DNA of 64,000 bases from an uncultured Aquimarina sp. Its GTDB lineage: Bacteria > Bacteroidota > Bacteroidia > Flavobacteriales > Flavobacteriaceae. The position numbers and the translations under genes are program-made. Location of the stretch: the NCBI GenBank assembly GCA_947498595.1, contig CANMKX010000021.1, positions 9,594-73,593 of the forward strand, read 5' to 3'. Positions 61,064 through 64,000 of this stretch are shown here, in pieces. The stretch's first letter is position 1. Every line of letters starts with the position of its first letter. Below the pieces are notes generated by a model that ran no database searches, was not told where the DNA came from, and was given only the letters and a program-made list of their open reading frames with translations.

Positions 61064-61561
61064 TTATTTTACTTCTGCAATAACAACTAATTCTACAAAA
61101 GCATTATAGGGTAGTGACTTTATAGTAAAAACAGTTCTTGCATGTTCTCCATCTTTCCCATCAAATAATTCGGCTATCAAATCTGAAGCTCCATCGAGCA
61201 TTTTTGGGATATCTTTACCATTATCATGATTAAAATATCCATCAACTCTAACGATAGATACTACCTCCTCGATATCACTAAAATTCAATAGTTGTTTTAA
61301 CACGTTTGCCATAGCGAGTCTTGCAGCTTTATAACCAAAATCAATAGTTGTATGCTCTTGTGCTGTCAACACCATTCCTGTGGAATAAACAGGCATTTGT
61401 CCTGAAACATATGCTATATTCCCTACTCTTTTTACAGCTACATAATTTCCCGCAGGTCTTGGGGCTAATAACGATATATCAAATCCTTCAATATCTACTG
61501 CTTTTAATTTTTTATATAAACTCTTTTTATTCATATCTCTGTCATTTATAAACAATACCAT
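61064..61561 (-). CDS. RidA/YjgF family protein
   Basis: PAGNYV, YVSGQMP, GASDL, HART, VELVVIAE. Confidence 0.85.
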   Translation of the reverse strand: MVLFINDRDMNKKSLYKKLKAVDIEGFDISLLAPRPAGNYVAVKRVGNIAYVSGQMPVYSTGMVLTAQEHTTIDFGYKAARLAMANVLKQLLNFSDIEEVVSIVRVDGYFNHDNGKDIPKMLDGASDLIAELFDGKDGEHARTVFTIKSLPYNAFVELVVIAEVK

Positions 61562-61676
61562 TTATAGTCTAAAATGAATATCAAAAATCATTCTATCACT
61601 TGCTATTTCATTTTAAACTATAGATGGTATTATCAAAATTAAACGTAATGCCTATGCTATTTAAAGCTGTTATTGA

Positions 61677-62702
61677 TTAAGGCTTTAAAACTATATTACC
61701 TCTTACGCCACCATTAACTAGTAAATCATGTGCCTTATTAGCTTCTGAAAGTGGCAAAGTAGCTCCTAATTGAGGTTTTATTTTTCCTTGACGTACTAAA
61801 TCAAGTCCAAATTCTAAATCTTCTTTCGTTCCCATAATAGAACCTCTAATAATAGTTTGTCCAAAAAATAGACCTCTTACATCAAAAGATACCTTAGGAC
61901 TTGCTGCAAATCCCATAGAAACAAGAACTCCTTTTGGTTTTAGTGCTTCTATACTCTTCGAAAAGAATTCTCCTCCTAAATTATCTATGATAACATCTGC
62001 CCCTTTTCCGTCTGTCCATTCTTTAACTGCTGTAACTAAGTCTTCTTTTTTTGTATTAATTACCTTATCAGCTCCCAATTCTTTAATAAAATCTATGTTA
62101 GAATCAGAAATCGTTGTTGAAAAAACATCAGCCCCTAACGCTTTAGCAACTTGAATATTAAAACTTCCTGTCCCTGAGTTTCCGGCCAAAATAACAACTT
62201 TGTCACCTGCTTTAACTTGTCCTACTTCTTTAACAGCACGAACACCAGTAACCGTAACCATTGGCAAAGTTGCGGCTAATTCTGACGAAAGTCCTGAAAT
62301 ATCTTTAACAACAAATTTTGCTGGAACTTTTACATATTCTGCATACGTGCCTTGATTTGCAGCTCCTATAATTCCGTATGATGGAGCCAATGTGATAGGA
62401 GTAATATTTTGATCTTCTTTTTTCATTGGATAGCCAGGAACAACCATTACTTTATCTCCAACTGCAAATTCATCCACATCTGCTCCAATTGTTACTATCT
62501 CACCAACAGCATCTGATCCTAAAATATGTGGCAATGGAATATCAGGCATCATTTTACCTTCTCTTAAATAGTGATCTAATCTATTTACACCTGTTGCGTG
62601 TATCTTAACTAAAACTTCATCTGTCCCTGGTACCGGTGTTTCAACCTCTGTATATTGAAGTACTTCTGTCCCTCCGAATTCTTTTATCAATGCTGCTTTC
62701 AT
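61677..62702 (-). CDS. Medium-chain dehydrogenase / NADPH:quinone oxidoreductase
   Basis: GVNRLD, PHILGSD, GTYAEY, GNSGTG, GNIVL. Confidence 0.9.
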   Translation of the reverse strand: MKAALIKEFGGTEVLQYTEVETPVPGTDEVLVKIHATGVNRLDHYLREGKMMPDIPLPHILGSDAVGEIVTIGADVDEFAVGDKVMVVPGYPMKKEDQNITPITLAPSYGIIGAANQGTYAEYVKVPAKFVVKDISGLSSELAATLPMVTVTGVRAVKEVGQVKAGDKVVILAGNSGTGSFNIQVAKALGADVFSTTISDSNIDFIKELGADKVINTKKEDLVTAVKEWTDGKGADVIIDNLGGEFFSKSIEALKPKGVLVSMGFAASPKVSFDVRGLFFGQTIIRGSIMGTKEDLEFGLDLVRQGKIKPQLGATLPLSEANKAHDLLVNGGVRGNIVLKP

Positions 62703-62801
62703 ATTTATAAATATTTTTTTTTATTTAATACTGCGAATTTATGTTTACTTTTATTATCGTCTAAACAGATTATTTCGATTGATCAATCTAATTTTACGAT
62801 T

Positions 62802-63665
62802 ATGAATTTGCAGCAAATTAAATATTTCATAGCATTAGCTAATACCAAAAATTTTACAAGAGCATCAGAACAAGTGCATGTTGTTCAATCCACATTTTCT
62901 GCGGGTATAAAAAAATTAGAAAGTCATTTAGAAGTAAAACTTTTTGAAAGAGATAAACGAAATGTAAGCTTAACAAGCGCAGGTGAAATTCTTTTACCCA
63001 AAGCTATTGAATTAATGAATCAATGGTATACTATAGAAGAAACTTTTGAAATACGAACAAGCTTAGATATCAAACTAGGTTTCGTACAAAATATAGATAT
63101 TAATATTGTTTTGCCAATCGTTAACGAATTGAAAAAACAATATGCATTATCCGAAGTCAAAATTTATGAAGATAAACATGCTATACTTTTACAAAAATTG
63201 GATACCAATTCTATACATGCTTTTTTTACTGAACACAGAGAAGTTGACAAAACTGAATATCAAACATATAATATCGCTAGTGAAAAATTGTTTTTTGCTA
63301 TAAATCAAAATCATCCACTAGCTAAAATGGATGCATTAGAACTATCTGCATTACATAATCAACCTTTTATTGAACGAAGTCATTGCTTGCTTTATAACGA
63401 TGTATTCGATCAGTTAGAAAAACAAAGTATCACCCCTAATAAAATGTTTACTGCACATAATAATGAAACAGTTGGTGCATTAATTACTTCTGGTATGGGG
63501 ATTACCTTAATGCCTAAACCATTTTTTGAAATGCCGCAGGTAAAGTTTATACCAATAAAAGGACATGATTTTTCAAAAAAAATCATGTTATTATTTAAAA
63601 GATCCAATAAATCAGTTGAATTAAAAAAACTATTAGAGCTTATTAAAAAAAAGGAAATATTATAA
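62802..63665 (+). CDS. LysR family regulator (likely start MNLQQ at 62802)
   Basis: NFTRASEQVHVVQSTFSAGIKKLE...LFERDKR HTH; divergent from the oxidoreductase. Confidence 0.92.
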   Translation: MNLQQIKYFIALANTKNFTRASEQVHVVQSTFSAGIKKLESHLEVKLFERDKRNVSLTSAGEILLPKAIELMNQWYTIEETFEIRTSLDIKLGFVQNIDINIVLPIVNELKKQYALSEVKIYEDKHAILLQKLDTNSIHAFFTEHREVDKTEYQTYNIASEKLFFAINQNHPLAKMDALELSALHNQPFIERSHCLLYNDVFDQLEKQSITPNKMFTAHNNETVGALITSGMGITLMPKPFFEMPQVKFIPIKGHDFSKKIMLLFKRSNKSVELKKLLELIKKKEIL

Positions 63666-63672
63666 TACTCAA

Positions 63673-63999
63673 TTATATTTCTTTAACAAAATTAAGGCAG
63701 GCTGTAATCATCTCTTTACTAGCAGTTTTATGAGGTGTATGTCCTTCTCTAGGAATCATGCATTTGGTACTTTTTGCTGTTGTTTGTGATACAATTGCAT
63801 CTACTTGTTTCTCAGTTCCAAACTCATCATTCTCTCCTTGAATGATTAAACTTGGGCATGTTATTTTTGATAAAAAAGATTCGATATTCCAATCCTCAAA
63901 ACCTTCTCTCAACCATGTATCTGCCCACATACTGAATACTTTTTCTGTATTATCATAATGATATTTGGACAATCGATTTTTTAAATTTGTTGTATGATA
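63673..63999 (-). CDS. Alpha/beta hydrolase, 5' end outside the window
   Basis: LIIQGENDEFG and GHTPH catalytic Asp/His region; frame open to the window end. Confidence 0.8.
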   Translation of the reverse strand, partial: YHTTNLKNRLSKYHYDNTEKVFSMWADTWLREGFEDWNIESFLSKITCPSLIIQGENDEFGTEKQVDAIVSQTTAKSTKCMIPREGHTPHKTASKEMITACLNFVKEI

Positions 64000-64000
64000 A

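Noticed and set aside
62655-62801. N-terminal extension of the LysR ORF
   Set aside because: It overlaps the divergent oxidoreductase start; the HTH begins at Met 62802.
257-63607. Short antisense or overlapping ORFs in the track (e.g. 257-439, 339-566, 4954-5166, 8292-8741, 15473-15757, 51727-52287, 57495-57878)
   Set aside because: They are shadows of well-supported genes on the other strand or frame, with no recognisable motifs.
1-64000. rRNA, tRNA or IS transposase genes
   Set aside because: No cloverleaf or rRNA-like segments and no transposase motifs were recognised by eye. tRNAscan-SE, Infernal and ISEScan would be needed to exclude them formally.

Overview
AT-rich Flavobacteriaceae-type (Bacteroidetes) chromosomal window; the taxon is inferred from gene content and TAnnTTTG-type promoters. 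1-12.4 kb is ordinary: phosphoesterase, rhodanese, SulP, Na+/H+ antiporter, a LytS/LytTR pair and an ABC/M1-peptidase pair. At 12779-12806 there is a canonical-looking XerCD dif site (probable replication terminus) with degenerate dif-like copies beside it. From there to about 37.6 kb, unrelated cargo modules, almost all on the minus strand, are separated by a family of 130-280 bp structured repeats. Each repeat has a covarying stem, an A-rich tract, often a palindrome and, in most copies, a terminal dif-like site. The cargo comprises: a PHP+ABC-ATPase (Ppl/TrlF-like) defence gene with an XRE regulator; a Zn-ribbon/PD-(D/E)xK nuclease; a small acidic-leader/cationic-core peptide with a Glu-specific protease; parDE; an eboA-F operon led by a split VioB/RebD-like gene pair; and a serine hydrolase with a LytS/LytTR pair. 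No integrase is present in the window, so host XerCD is the candidate recombinase. 38-64 kb is mostly accessory metabolic and regulatory genes, plus a KAP NTPase gene apparently split by a 4-bp duplication. No rRNA, tRNA or CRISPR array was seen. All family calls come from motif recognition, not database searches.
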